DNA from: Candidatus Omnitrophota bacterium
GTDB lineage: Bacteria; Omnitrophota; Gorgyraeia; Duberdicusellales; 4484-171
Assembly: GCA_021735655.1 (NCBI GenBank)
Contig: JAIPGM010000004.1
Coordinates: 32,001-96,000, forward strand
Direction of reading: 5' to 3'
DNA length: 64,000 bases
Below are positions 49,706 through 59,637 of this stretch, in pieces. Position numbers and translations under genes: made by a program. The notes beneath the pieces were generated by a model that saw only the letters and a program-made list of their open reading frames with translations, did no database searches and was not told where the DNA came from. Positions within the stretch are counted from its first letter, which is position 1. Each line of letters begins with the position of its first letter.

Positions 49706-50521
49706 CTAATTATTAATAAAATACTTATCGTACATATCTCGATAAAAATTAAAATAACTCTCTCTGCCAAACATCATATATCCATATTCTAAATCAGTTG
49801 GTGCTGTGGCATAACCGGCAAAAAGTGATTTTGAACTGGTCTTAAACCGATGCTTAATAGCCCAGGGCTGCCAAACCCGATAATAAAATTCCTTTGTCTT
49901 CTTAACTGCTTCAAATTCTACCTTGGCAATTTGCATAACAAACTCTTCTTTAGTAATTTTTCTATCTGCGGCTTTTTCAAAAATATCATTAAACTCATCT
50001 TTGTTGTTAATATTAATTAATTCAAATATAGCACAAGCCCACAGATCTTCAAAGGAAAGATCTCTGCCAATACTTTTCCGATTATGAGCCGTCTCTTTTG
50101 TATAAATTATATTTATACTAATAGATCCTCTGCGACCGGTTTGATTACGATTTACAGCTAACCAACCCTGAGGAGGATATTTGGGGTTCCAATCGACTAA
50201 CTCTCTAGAATCTTGACCAGCATATTTTCTAACTACCCACTGCCAAATAGAGTCTTCCTCGCTGACCGATCTTAGAAAATGGAACCTATTAACATACTTG
50301 GACATCCCCGGCCTGTCTTTAAGCATTTTTCGAATTTGTTGCTTCCCGTGGCGGATAGCCCGCTCCGATAAGTTTGTCCCTGAATATCGTGGGTCACTTC
50401 CGTATATTAGCCGATCCTCGAAAAGCACAAGATCAATCTTCAAATAAAGAAAAATTGCCCCTAAAACAAGAAAGCTGGCTATTATAAAAATTTTCCTCTG
50501 AGAAAAACCTTTAAAAACCAT
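49706..50521 (-). CDS. Hypothetical N-terminally membrane-anchored protein
   Basis: TM FIIASFLVLGAIFLYL then a 240-aa soluble domain with no recognisable motif. Confidence 0.4.
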   Translation of the reverse strand: MVFKGFSQRKIFIIASFLVLGAIFLYLKIDLVLFEDRLIYGSDPRYSGTNLSERAIRHGKQQIRKMLKDRPGMSKYVNRFHFLRSVSEEDSIWQWVVRKYAGQDSRELVDWNPKYPPQGWLAVNRNQTGRRGSISINIIYTKETAHNRKSIGRDLSFEDLWACAIFELININNKDEFNDIFEKAADRKITKEEFVMQIAKVEFEAVKKTKEFYYRVWQPWAIKHRFKTSSKSLFAGYATAPTDLEYGYMMFGRESYFNFYRDMYDKYFINN

Positions 50522-50566
50522 ATGCTCATTCTATCAAAACCTAACCAGTTTTCAATAAAGAAAACC

Positions 50567-50594
50567 TTGACAAAACCCGAGTTTTAGCCATAAT
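50567..50594 (+). promoter_or_regulatory. Near-consensus sigma70 promoter (TTGACA-16 bp-CATAAT)
   Basis: TTGACA at 50567-50572; CATAAT at 50589-50594; 10 nt before the ATG at 50605. Confidence 0.3.
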
Positions 50595-50604
50595 CGAAGA
50601 TATT

Positions 50605-50772
50605 ATGGGAAGGCCAAAAAAAGAATTAAAAAAGCTCCACCGGAAAAAAATCAGAAAGGCTAAAGAAAAGGTACGGCTACACGCAAAAAAAGAGCTGCCC
50701 TTTGAAAAGCTAACTGAACGCGGTAAACATTTTCTAGAGAAGAAAAGAAAACAGGAAAGAAAAACTTCTTAG
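50605..50772 (+). CDS. Small (55 aa) highly basic Lys/Arg-rich protein, unannotated by the ORF track
   Basis: MGRPKKELKKLHRKKIRKAKEKVRLHAKKELPFEKLTERGKHFLEKKRKQERKTS; sits in an otherwise empty intergenic region directly behind a consensus promoter. Confidence 0.3.
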   Translation: MGRPKKELKKLHRKKIRKAKEKVRLHAKKELPFEKLTERGKHFLEKKRKQERKTS

Positions 50773-50773
50773 T

Positions 50774-51043
50774 TTATTCGAACTTGTAATGTTTTCGAAC
50801 GTCTCTCTGAATATGCCACTTGCAGCTTAAGCCTTTGGGGAAAGTTGCAAAATCGCCTTTCTTAATTTTAATCTTTTCACCACTCTCAACCTCTACTTCA
50901 ACTTCTCCTTCTAAAAAATAACAAGACTCTTTTTGGTCATAATACCAATCAAAGCTACTCGCTTCCTTTTCCCAAATCGGCCAACTCTTAACTCCTAAAA
51001 CTTCTAACTCTTGCTCTGTAGGTTTCTTAACTTCAATATTCAT
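50774..51043 (-). CDS. Small cupin-fold protein
   Basis: 89 aa, YFLEGEVEVEVESGEKIKIKKGDFATFPKGLSCKW beta-barrel motif pattern. Confidence 0.5.
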   Translation of the reverse strand: MNIEVKKPTEQELEVLGVKSWPIWEKEASSFDWYYDQKESCYFLEGEVEVEVESGEKIKIKKGDFATFPKGLSCKWHIQRDVRKHYKFE

Positions 51044-51108
51044 CCGATCTTTTACCTCCTCTTCTTTTTCATTTATTTAAACTATTCTTTTGCTTTAGAG
51101 TAAGTGAA

Positions 51109-51378
51109 CTACCCAACAAAAAGAGATATTAAGCTGCCAATAAACACAATTACTCCCATGAACATCGTGAATTTACCTACTTTTACAGACTTAAATACTT
51201 TAATTGTCTTATTAGGTGACTCTTTATTAAGTTTCATGCCTTGGATAACAAAGTAAATTGCAGCTATTAACATACCGATATTTGCTATCTTATTTGTAAT
51301 CTTACCATACACACATGCCATAATTACACCAATAATGACAAAAACAATCATTACGACAACTAAACTTTTCTTTTCCAT
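51109..51378 (-). CDS. Small 2-3 TM membrane protein
   Basis: 89 aa hydrophobic. Confidence 0.35.
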   Translation of the reverse strand: MEKKSLVVVMIVFVIIGVIMACVYGKITNKIANIGMLIAAIYFVIQGMKLNKESPNKTIKVFKSVKVGKFTMFMGVIVFIGSLISLFVG

Positions 51379-51421
51379 TATTTATCCTTTTTAGCCACCA
51401 GCATTTAAGGAAGGAAGACAA

Positions 51422-51495
51422 TGGCGGCGAGTGGACTTGAACCACCGACAAAACGGGTATGAGCCGTTTGCTCTACCAGCCTGAGCTACGCCGCC
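51422..51495 (-). tRNA. tRNA-Met (anticodon CAT; elongator-type, could alternatively be the Ile2 lysidine isoacceptor)
   Basis: Reverse complement GGCGGCGTAGCTCAGGCTGGTAGAGCAAACGGCTCATACCCGTTTTGTCGGTGGTTCAAGTCCACTCGCCGCCA folds as a cloverleaf (7-bp acceptor, GCTC/GAGC D-stem, AACGG/CCGTT anticodon stem, CAT, T-loop TTCAAGT). CCA not encoded. Confidence 0.85.
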
Positions 51496-51530
51496 AACGG
51501 GGAAAAATTATACCACATCTTTGAAAAAAA

Positions 51531-52559
51531 TTAGAATCTTTTAATAAATTCTATTTTTTCAATCACTGTTCCATCATTAGTACTAATTTTAAAATCATCA
51601 AGCGAACCATTGTTAGTAACATTATTTATCCGAAGGCGATAATATATTGGCTCGTCTCTTCTTTTTATCATTCGAAATTTTTCTTGCGGTACTACCCCCC
51701 TATAAAGAGTAACTCCAGTTATCGGACCATTAGCATAAACATGAATTTCCAAATTAATTTCCAACTGAGGGAATCCTTCTTCTTTGAGAAAAAATTCAGG
51801 AGCTTGCGGATAAACGATTAGCTTCGTTTTTCTTCCCTCAAGGTCTATCTCCGCTCTTTTTACATTTTTTATCTTTTTGCTAATCTTCTGCGCGGCTTGA
51901 TACCTAGATACTTTATCTTTTTGATAGTGGAAAAATGAAATTAAATTTATAAATGCTGTCTTCTCTTGATTCTCCGAAAAATAATACTTAGCCAAACATA
52001 AATAAATAATCGGATTTTCTGGTTGAGTCTGGGCTGCTTTAATTAACTCTGATTCCAAGCCCTTAATTAAATAATATTCAAAAAGATAAGAATAAGTATT
52101 CGGATCTTTGGAATATAGTTGGGTTGCCTTAATTAATTCAGATTTAGCCCTTTCATCGCCTTCGATTGTATAAAACCGACCCAACCTTAAGTGATAATCA
52201 AAATTGGTCGGGTTCAACCTTATTGCTTTCTTGTAAAGACTCTCTATTTGGACCTTATCGATAGAAAGCTCATCAGCCAACCCCTCTTCCTTGGCCTCTA
52301 ATAGATAGTCCCCTTTTTTTGCATAATAGTCAGCTTTATCAGGACTTATTTTTATGGCTTTAAATACTGATTTTAAAACCTTGCGGTAATAACTTAAACT
52401 AGCCGCATTTAAATCTGGTTTCTGAAAAGTAGAAAGATTTTCGTAAATGCAATTTGCTCTATAATTAGAACTGATATAAAAAGTGAGGTAGATTAATAAA
52501 AAAATGCTTCCTATAAAAAAAATATATTTTTCTTTCCGATCAAAAACCTTTTCTTTCAT
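51531..52559 (-). CDS. N-terminally anchored TPR-like repeat protein
   Basis: TM segment then repeated A..YY/LG..Y helical motifs. Confidence 0.45.
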   Translation of the reverse strand: MKEKVFDRKEKYIFFIGSIFLLIYLTFYISSNYRANCIYENLSTFQKPDLNAASLSYYRKVLKSVFKAIKISPDKADYYAKKGDYLLEAKEEGLADELSIDKVQIESLYKKAIRLNPTNFDYHLRLGRFYTIEGDERAKSELIKATQLYSKDPNTYSYLFEYYLIKGLESELIKAAQTQPENPIIYLCLAKYYFSENQEKTAFINLISFFHYQKDKVSRYQAAQKISKKIKNVKRAEIDLEGRKTKLIVYPQAPEFFLKEEGFPQLEINLEIHVYANGPITGVTLYRGVVPQEKFRMIKRRDEPIYYRLRINNVTNNGSLDDFKISTNDGTVIEKIEFIKRF

Positions 52560-53882
52560 TTAAGTTCTATTCTTATTAGTCACATGGTGATTAAACTGAG
52601 TATTAACGCACTTATAAATTAAAGCCAAAATTAGCCAAAATAGGAATGTCGTCGCTGGAATATGAAAATTAAACTCAAAAAAGCTATGCAACAAAACCCC
52701 AATGAGACCGCAGGCGCCGCTTAAGGTAATTATCTTTACAAAACTGTCCTGCCTTTGACTAATCTTTTTTAAAATGCTTTTAAAAATCGTAACTATAAAC
52801 CCCAGATAAAAAAAAGCTCCGATAAGTCCGGTTTCAACAACCATCTGGAGATGGTCGTTATGAAGATGGTAAAAAAATTTACTCCATGCGAATTCTTGAT
52901 AGTAGGGAAAAATATATGAAAAATTTCCTAGACCTATACCGAATAAAGGAAAATCTTTTATAATAGCCAAAGAATTAGCCGCTATCTTAAGACGACCCAA
53001 AAATCCCTCTTCAATCATAATAAATCGCGCTTTTATTGGGGCTAAGCCTGGAATTAGAACTAATCCCAAACCGAAAATTAATACCAAGGGAATAATCCAG
53101 CCGCTACTCTTTATTAAAAATTTTCGTTTAGAAAATATCCCCATCAATAACAAGGAAAAAATTAAACTCAGCGATCCGGCTCGCGAAAGAGAAATAAATA
53201 CACTGGCTGAAATCAAAACTGCTAGGAATCCAAAAATAATTTTTTTAGCCTTGTCTCGGTAATACAAAGCATGGCCGACAGCCAAAGGCGCAACCATAAC
53301 CATATAGCCGGCAAAATGGTTACGATTACCGAAAGTGCTAAAAGCACCAGTTATCTCAGCATTAATTATAAAATACTTTTTTATGACCCCATAAAATGAA
53401 AGAATCGCTCCCCAAATGATTATCGTTAAAAACAGACGCTCGAATTGAGAGCGTTTCTTTATAGTATTAAGTGTAACCAAAAATAAAATCAAAAATGATA
53501 ACAGATTTATGCTTTCTGCTTTAGTTGCTGCTCTATAAAAAGATAACGATAAAAATCCCGACTGACTATCAAGCGGCATATAGTTATGCTTAAAAAAATA
53601 GGTTTTTGATGAAATAAATTTTATTGCAGCTTGTGGAAGCGGTAAAATCTGGAAAATAACAATAGCGATAAAAACAACTAAAAGATAGGTCTGCCGCGGA
53701 TAAACAATTTGCAACTGACCAGGAAAACTCCTCGCCAGATATAAAGCTAAAATAACTAGTATAGTTATCTGAACGACAAAAAGAAATGTTCCTTTAACTG
53801 AACCGTAACCGAGGGGAACAAAAACTATAAGAAAAACCAAGATAGCTTCAAATAGCCAATCCGGAATTACTTTTTTTATCAT
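52560..53882 (-). CDS. Wzy_C-family polytopic membrane protein (O-antigen ligase/polymerase-like; could also be an O-oligosaccharyltransferase)
   Basis: 440 aa, about 10-12 TM segments, with a periplasmic loop containing NDHLQMVVETG (the H-containing Wzy_C loop). Confidence 0.6.
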   Translation of the reverse strand: MIKKVIPDWLFEAILVFLIVFVPLGYGSVKGTFLFVVQITILVILALYLARSFPGQLQIVYPRQTYLLVVFIAIVIFQILPLPQAAIKFISSKTYFFKHNYMPLDSQSGFLSLSFYRAATKAESINLLSFLILFLVTLNTIKKRSQFERLFLTIIIWGAILSFYGVIKKYFIINAEITGAFSTFGNRNHFAGYMVMVAPLAVGHALYYRDKAKKIIFGFLAVLISASVFISLSRAGSLSLIFSLLLMGIFSKRKFLIKSSGWIIPLVLIFGLGLVLIPGLAPIKARFIMIEEGFLGRLKIAANSLAIIKDFPLFGIGLGNFSYIFPYYQEFAWSKFFYHLHNDHLQMVVETGLIGAFFYLGFIVTIFKSILKKISQRQDSFVKIITLSGACGLIGVLLHSFFEFNFHIPATTFLFWLILALIYKCVNTQFNHHVTNKNRT

Positions 53883-55720
53883 TTTTTAGTTTCCGGGGAG
53901 TAAGAATAATGATAAAAATAGTAACCACCCTTACTTTGCTCAATACCATTCAAAACAGCGCCGATAATTTTTGTTTTATTGCCTAATATTTTCCTAGCTT
54001 CAGCTATATGCTTAAGTGGAGTAACTCCGGCTCGAATCACAAAAACTAACCCATCGCATTTATCCGCTAAAAGAATAGCCTCAGATACACTCAAAACCGG
54101 GGTGGAATCAATAATAACTCTTTTATACTTTTTCTCTACCTCGCGCAATATATCTTTTAAAGTGGCTGAGCCCAAAAGCTCTGTGGGGTTAGGCGTGTAA
54201 TGACCACAACCAATAAAATCAAGATTCGGGACATCAGTTGACACTATTACTTCCTCTAAAGAAGCTACGCCAGCCAGCAGGCTACTTAAGCCAATTTCGG
54301 AAGAAGGACTAAAAGATTTCGCTAAGTGCCCCTTGCGCATATCAGCATCGATAAGTAAAGTTGAGTCGCCGGTTTGTGCAAAAGCTATTGCTAAATTAGC
54401 AGAAGTAAAACTTTTTCCCTCCTGCGGAATAGTACTACCAATGACTATAGTTCGTAGAGGCTTATCCTCCGGAAAAGAAAAAATTAAGGCTGTTCTTAAA
54501 TTCTTAAAGTTTTCAGCAACTATAGAAAAAGGCTGGGTGTGAGACAATAAATTTAGTTTTTCTCGGGTTTGCTCTTCCTTTGCCAAGTTGATTGCTCCAA
54601 GAAAGGGGAGCTTAGCGTAAAATTCTACATCGTCCGATGTCTTCAAGGTAGAATCGGTATATTCTAGAAAAAAACAAAAAGATAAGCTTAGAAAAATGCT
54701 CATCGCTAAAGCTAGAATGATATCCCGCTTCGGCCGAGGCCAAACCGGAGACAAAGGAACATCAGCTTCATCAACTATGCGTATATTAGAAATAGAAAGT
54801 TCTTTAGAAACATCTAATTCCTTAGCCCGCTGCAGAAGGTTTTCATATATCGATTTATTCGAATCTACTCTTCGTTTAAGAATTCTGTACTCAGCCGAAA
54901 TATCTTGAATGGCCATGAATTTTTCAGTCTCACTTTTAATCGTTAAAATAACCGTATTTAGCTCCTCATTCAAAGCAAGTATTTCAGGATGTTTTCCTTT
55001 GTATTTCTTAGATAAGGAAGCCACTTCATTTTCCAAGTCAGATTTTTGTTTTTCGAGGTCACGCAAAATACTTTTATCATACTCTTTCTCCATGTCTGGA
55101 ATATTAACGATCTTATTTTTACGAACAAAATTATTTAACTCTTTGTCCGATTGTTGTATTTTCTTTAATGCTTCTTCAAGCTGTCCTTCCAACCAAGAAA
55201 CACCATATTTGGCAATCCCAGTCCTTCTTTCTATATCCTGATAAATAAATTCCCTAGCCCAAGTGTTAGCGATACTGGTTATTTTTAAACGGTCCCTACC
55301 GGTAACCGTAATGATAACTAAATTGCTCATCCGCTCAGGCTTAACATCAACCCAAGACAAAAGAACTCTAGCCGGATTTCTCTTCCCGCCAATTTCAGGA
55401 TCATTAGCAAGATCCAACTTATCAATAACCCGTTCAGCCAAAGAAAGTGATTTCAACAAACCATACTGGCTATAATAATACTCTCTATCTCTGACTTCGC
55501 CCTGATAAGCATACCCACCCTTTTCAGACATAATCTGCGGGTTTTGCTTTTCAATATGCATTGTCATCTCTGCCCGATATTTTTTAGGTTGAGTGAAATC
55601 ATAAAAAGCAACTAGGCTTACGGTTATCAAGATAAAAGACACAACTAACCATTTACGCTTCAAAAAAATTTCCCAATAATCCTTAATGCCTAACACTTTT
55701 ACTTCTGCGGGTGGTATCAT
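53879..55720 (-). CDS. Polysaccharide co-polymerase / BY-kinase (Wzc/EpsG-like)
   Basis: Wzz-like N-terminal domain with 2 TM and coiled coil. C-terminal P-loop GSTIPQEGKSFTSANLA and DADMRKG. Confidence 0.8.
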   Translation of the reverse strand: MIPPAEVKVLGIKDYWEIFLKRKWLVVSFILITVSLVAFYDFTQPKKYRAEMTMHIEKQNPQIMSEKGGYAYQGEVRDREYYYSQYGLLKSLSLAERVIDKLDLANDPEIGGKRNPARVLLSWVDVKPERMSNLVIITVTGRDRLKITSIANTWAREFIYQDIERRTGIAKYGVSWLEGQLEEALKKIQQSDKELNNFVRKNKIVNIPDMEKEYDKSILRDLEKQKSDLENEVASLSKKYKGKHPEILALNEELNTVILTIKSETEKFMAIQDISAEYRILKRRVDSNKSIYENLLQRAKELDVSKELSISNIRIVDEADVPLSPVWPRPKRDIILALAMSIFLSLSFCFFLEYTDSTLKTSDDVEFYAKLPFLGAINLAKEEQTREKLNLLSHTQPFSIVAENFKNLRTALIFSFPEDKPLRTIVIGSTIPQEGKSFTSANLAIAFAQTGDSTLLIDADMRKGHLAKSFSPSSEIGLSSLLAGVASLEEVIVSTDVPNLDFIGCGHYTPNPTELLGSATLKDILREVEKKYKRVIIDSTPVLSVSEAILLADKCDGLVFVIRAGVTPLKHIAEARKILGNKTKIIGAVLNGIEQSKGGYYFYHYSYSPETKK

Positions 55721-55721
55721 T

Positions 55722-56954
55722 TTAAAAATCCATTGATAGCTTTAAAGACACTATATTATTATCATGCTCAGCCAAGGTTGAGTCTGAACCTATTTTTTCA
55801 AATTCATAATTACCGATTATTTTTAGCTGTTTTGTTAAAGTGTACTCTGAGCTTAACAAAATATTGTATTGTTTATCTTGTCTCCCAGATTCATATTCAT
55901 CAAAATTAAAAGAGACGTTAGATATTAATTTTAGCTTTCGGTTAAACGGCGGAAAGTATCGAAACCCGAAACCGAAGTTAGAATAAGAATCTAGCTCATC
56001 AGTGCTAATAGAAGACGCTCCCACTCCCTGTTCAGCGTTAACATTAAGAATGAATCTTCGAGAAAGTAAATAATCTAAATTTATATTCACAGCATTGGAA
56101 GATACGTGCTCTTCTGGATAGTGCCCTTCCTCATAACCAAATTTTATTAGCCCCTTAATCTTTGAAAATATATCCCCTCTTACTCCGATCCAATATTCAT
56201 CGCGATCCCGGTCTACACTCCCACCTTTATAGAAATCTTTCCATTCATGATCGTACTCCAAAAAAGCATAGGTTTTAGAAGCAATCCTTAAAGACCCAGT
56301 AAAACTAACTGTATCGGCTTTATAGCTATGAGTTGTTCGAAAATCGCCTTCTTCGTAGGCCTTATCGCGATGTAGATAGGCCATCTCCCAACGAAACCGA
56401 TTCCAATTTACATCCAGGCTTAGTTTTGGATAATGCTCTAAATAATCCACAAACCCTTCGTCAGTAGTAAGGCTCAAGTCGGTCAAAGTAGCCTGTTCCT
56501 TTATGAATCGATAGTCTAGAGTTAAAGCAAACATACCCAGGCCATGGCTAACCAAAAAACTAAAATAGGGATTTTCAACGTTATGCTCGTCATGTTCAGC
56601 ATATTGTTTAACCAAAATCCCGGTATCAACAAAAATATTAGTTTTTTTCTGACTGCTTAGATCTCCATATCTTACCCCCGGGCTAATCTCAGTAACAAAA
56701 TCTCCCTCAATATCTTCAGTGGTAAGAAAAATATTATCGTTAATAGTCGTTTTAAGCTCAACGTAAGGAGTAAGATTGTCTAAAAATTTTCTTATTGCGC
56801 TAAGTCTTCCCCCCTGAGCTTCCTGAACCAAGACATCAAAGCTATTCTGATCCGGCTCGGTCTCGGCGTAGGCTCCAACTGACCCCACCCCAATCAAACA
56901 GACAGCAGCTATAATTATCACTCTTAATAACAAAGTTCTCTGCTGATATTGCAT
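55722..56954 (-). CDS. Outer-membrane beta-barrel protein (EpsL-like exopolysaccharide-locus OMP)
   Basis: Signal peptide, alternating amphipathic beta-strands, C-terminal ...SLKLSMDF with terminal Phe. Confidence 0.5.
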   Translation of the reverse strand: MQYQQRTLLLRVIIIAAVCLIGVGSVGAYAETEPDQNSFDVLVQEAQGGRLSAIRKFLDNLTPYVELKTTINDNIFLTTEDIEGDFVTEISPGVRYGDLSSQKKTNIFVDTGILVKQYAEHDEHNVENPYFSFLVSHGLGMFALTLDYRFIKEQATLTDLSLTTDEGFVDYLEHYPKLSLDVNWNRFRWEMAYLHRDKAYEEGDFRTTHSYKADTVSFTGSLRIASKTYAFLEYDHEWKDFYKGGSVDRDRDEYWIGVRGDIFSKIKGLIKFGYEEGHYPEEHVSSNAVNINLDYLLSRRFILNVNAEQGVGASSISTDELDSYSNFGFGFRYFPPFNRKLKLISNVSFNFDEYESGRQDKQYNILLSSEYTLTKQLKIIGNYEFEKIGSDSTLAEHDNNIVSLKLSMDF

Positions 56955-56961
56955 AACCTTA

Positions 56962-57372
56962 TTAATGCCTTTCTCCCTCTCTAATATTCTTGCCTCGAGC
57001 CTTATAACTATTTACAATGCTATTATTAATAAACTCTTTCGCCTTCTCATCAATATTGACAAATTCGGTTGCAAGATCATATCCACCCATTTTCTTCAAA
57101 GCCCTGCTTCTTAAAACTTTAGCCACGACTTTAATTGAATCAACCCGTGGCGGAAAATTTATCTCTATTTCTACTATGTTGTTAACCGGAATATTTTCCT
57201 TGGCATGGAAGAGAACCCCGCCAGCACTTATATCTCTGGCAAAAGACAACTTTGACTGGCCATCAATGCTTTTATATTTCAATAAACAGTGCACTCGAAT
57301 CCTAGCAAAATTTCTATTTCTCTTCTTAAAAAATTTACTGGCCAATCTTGAAAAAAACAGCGACTTCATCAC
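56962..57372 (-). CDS. PilZ-domain c-di-GMP-binding protein
   Basis: RNFARIRV (RxxxR) and DISAGGVLF (DxSxGG) motifs; 136 aa. Confidence 0.65.
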   Translation of the reverse strand: MMKSLFFSRLASKFFKKRNRNFARIRVHCLLKYKSIDGQSKLSFARDISAGGVLFHAKENIPVNNIVEIEINFPPRVDSIKVVAKVLRSRALKKMGGYDLATEFVNIDEKAKEFINNSIVNSYKARGKNIREGERH

Positions 57373-59133
57373 TTAGTAGCCCATCCTTTCTTTAATCCTG
57401 GTTAAATATTGTTCGGTTTTTCTGTAACCTGATTGCAGACCAACTACCTGATTAAACATTTCCCGCGACCTAGCATAGTCTCCCAAAGAAAATAAAACTA
57501 CGGCTAAGTTATACTTTGGCTCGATATAATCGAGCTTTAAAGCTATGGCCTTTCTGAAATATTTTTGAGCTGTGCGGTGATCACGCTCAAGCCAAAAAAT
57601 ATAACCTAAATTATTATAGGCTTCAGCAAAATCAGGATTAACTTTTATAGCTCGGATAAGTAAAGTCTTAGCTTTTGCATAATCCTTGTCTAACAGATAA
57701 AGAGTTCCTAAATTGTAATTCGATACATCCAAACTGGGGTTAATTTTTGAGGCCCTCTTGTACTCAGCTATTGCCTCATCACCCATGCCCAAATTGTAAT
57801 AAATTGAACCTAAAACAATTGTACTTTCAGCCCCTTTCTCAGAAAGTTGCTGCGTTTTTTCGACTTCTTCTAGAGCCTCTTCGGTTTTATTAAGCAAATT
57901 ATAAGCCAAGCTTTTTCCGCTATAGGCTAAGTCTAAATCAGAAGAAACTCCTAAAGCTAAATCAAATTGTTTCAAAGCTTGGTAATATTTTTCGGGATTG
58001 GAAGTTCGATACCCTTCCCTCAACAAATTAAAACCTTCATAGCCATAATGATCGGCTAAATCGTATTTAATCTTTTCCTCATAATAATCGCTGTACTCAG
58101 TTTCTCCGGACTTAGTTTTTAGCTTATCAAACGCAGCCTTAGCTGCTTTCATATCTTCCATATCACGCATATAAATATAACCTACCCGAAGTTGCGATAA
58201 CTGTCCCGTTTTTTGAGATAAACCTGCCTCAAAATTTTCCTTAAACATAGCTAAAGCTTTCTCAGTTTCCCCTAAAGCGTAAAGAGAGCTAGCCTCCTGA
58301 TAGCTAGAAAACCCCTGCCATTCTTTGGGCAAGTTTTGTTTTATTTCATTAAAAACTAACTGTGCTTTTTTAAAATCTTTTTTGGCTTTATAAGCAATAC
58401 CTGAATAGAACTTAGCCGCCAAGGCTTCTATGTTGTTGGGATCAGCTTCTACCACCTTATTCAAATAAACTAAAGAATTATCAAAATCTTTCATCTGCAA
58501 ATATAGCTGGCCCAATTTTAAATATTCTCGCTGGAGATCTTCTTTGCTATAAGACCCTTGCTTACTATAAGCGACTAGCTTACTTCTTACATCTTCGATA
58601 TCTTTATTTAAATTTCTCTTCACGCCTTTTTTGCCAACAGTCGTGAGAGCAATCACAAAATCATCGAGCTTGGAACGTAAAAACGATTTATCTTTCTGTT
58701 TCTTTACGATAGTTGCTCGAATGAAATGTTTTGCATCTTCGATGTGGTCGCCGCTAGAAGCTTGAGAAAGAAGATCGCTGGCAACATCAATTTCAGTTGC
58801 AGCAATCATGCCTTCTATATACTTTTTATTAGTTTCCCGTTGTTGGAAAGAAATTTTTTCGCTTGCTAAATCACCAATTTCTATTTTTAAAGCCGCTGCT
58901 AGATCAAATCCTTCTTTGGTTGACTCTGCCACAAAGGCATTATCTAAAATATCTTTAACTGCCCTTATTTGGCTTACTGTTTCCGCTCCATCTAGCTCCC
59001 TTAAAGAAAGCTTTAAGTTGACTAATGAATTATCTAATAAATAATGGTTATAGCCAGCGAAAAAGACAAAAGCTCCCCCAAGAGCAACAATCAAAGGAAG
59101 AAAATTTTTGAAAAATATCCTTTTACTCATCAC
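57373..59133 (-). CDS. N-terminally anchored multi-TPR repeat protein
   Basis: 586 aa; TM helix then more than 8 TPR-like repeats (…AEAYNNLGYIF…, …KYNLAVVLFSLGDY…). Confidence 0.6.
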   Translation of the reverse strand: MMSKRIFFKNFLPLIVALGGAFVFFAGYNHYLLDNSLVNLKLSLRELDGAETVSQIRAVKDILDNAFVAESTKEGFDLAAALKIEIGDLASEKISFQQRETNKKYIEGMIAATEIDVASDLLSQASSGDHIEDAKHFIRATIVKKQKDKSFLRSKLDDFVIALTTVGKKGVKRNLNKDIEDVRSKLVAYSKQGSYSKEDLQREYLKLGQLYLQMKDFDNSLVYLNKVVEADPNNIEALAAKFYSGIAYKAKKDFKKAQLVFNEIKQNLPKEWQGFSSYQEASSLYALGETEKALAMFKENFEAGLSQKTGQLSQLRVGYIYMRDMEDMKAAKAAFDKLKTKSGETEYSDYYEEKIKYDLADHYGYEGFNLLREGYRTSNPEKYYQALKQFDLALGVSSDLDLAYSGKSLAYNLLNKTEEALEEVEKTQQLSEKGAESTIVLGSIYYNLGMGDEAIAEYKRASKINPSLDVSNYNLGTLYLLDKDYAKAKTLLIRAIKVNPDFAEAYNNLGYIFWLERDHRTAQKYFRKAIALKLDYIEPKYNLAVVLFSLGDYARSREMFNQVVGLQSGYRKTEQYLTRIKERMGY

Positions 59134-59155
59134 TAAGTCTTAGTGTAGCAAAATA

Positions 59156-59572
59156 TTAGACATTGTCAACGAAATAGGCCTTTCGTTTCATTAAATAAAT
59201 TATTATTAATATATTAATTACTATACCTAAAACAACAATTAAATTTTCACCATTATGTCTAGTTGCCCTTAGGCCTTCTATTTTTAAAAACGCCGTCTTC
59301 TGATTGGCAATAAGAATGCCATTAATTAGAAAAATAATATGCAAAAACAAAGCAGCCACAAAGCCGCTTTTTTTAGCTTCCCTCATTGCTAAATAAAGAA
59401 ACCAAAATAAAATAAGAAAGTTAAAATGAATGATTTTGGCCAAAAAAGGGCTAACCGCTACTCCAAAAATCACCAGTTGGGTAGAAAAGACGAAAAGAGG
59501 TAGCCCGTAAAGGATACTTAAGCAGAGATAAAAATAACCGATGGTTCTTATTCCTAACTTCCTGTCTACCAA
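59156..59572 (-). CDS. Small 4-TM membrane protein
   Basis: 138 aa hydrophobic. Confidence 0.35.
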   Translation of the reverse strand: MVDRKLGIRTIGYFYLCLSILYGLPLFVFSTQLVIFGVAVSPFLAKIIHFNFLILFWFLYLAMREAKKSGFVAALFLHIIFLINGILIANQKTAFLKIEGLRATRHNGENLIVVLGIVINILIIIYLMKRKAYFVDNV

Positions 59573-59637
59573 TAAGTTACCTCCTTGACAATGGTCCTAA
59601 CTAATGTTATACTTAAATTGAAGGAGAAAAGGACAAT

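Noticed and set aside
51379-51530. Integrated mobile element at the tRNA-Met gene
   Set aside because: No integrase, transposase or direct repeat of the tRNA 3' end is visible on either side; the flanking genes are ordinary chromosomal genes.
54909-55475. Plus-strand ORFs of 110 and 70 aa antisense to the BY-kinase gene
   Set aside because: Antisense to a strongly supported gene; Ser/Phe/Leu-rich products.
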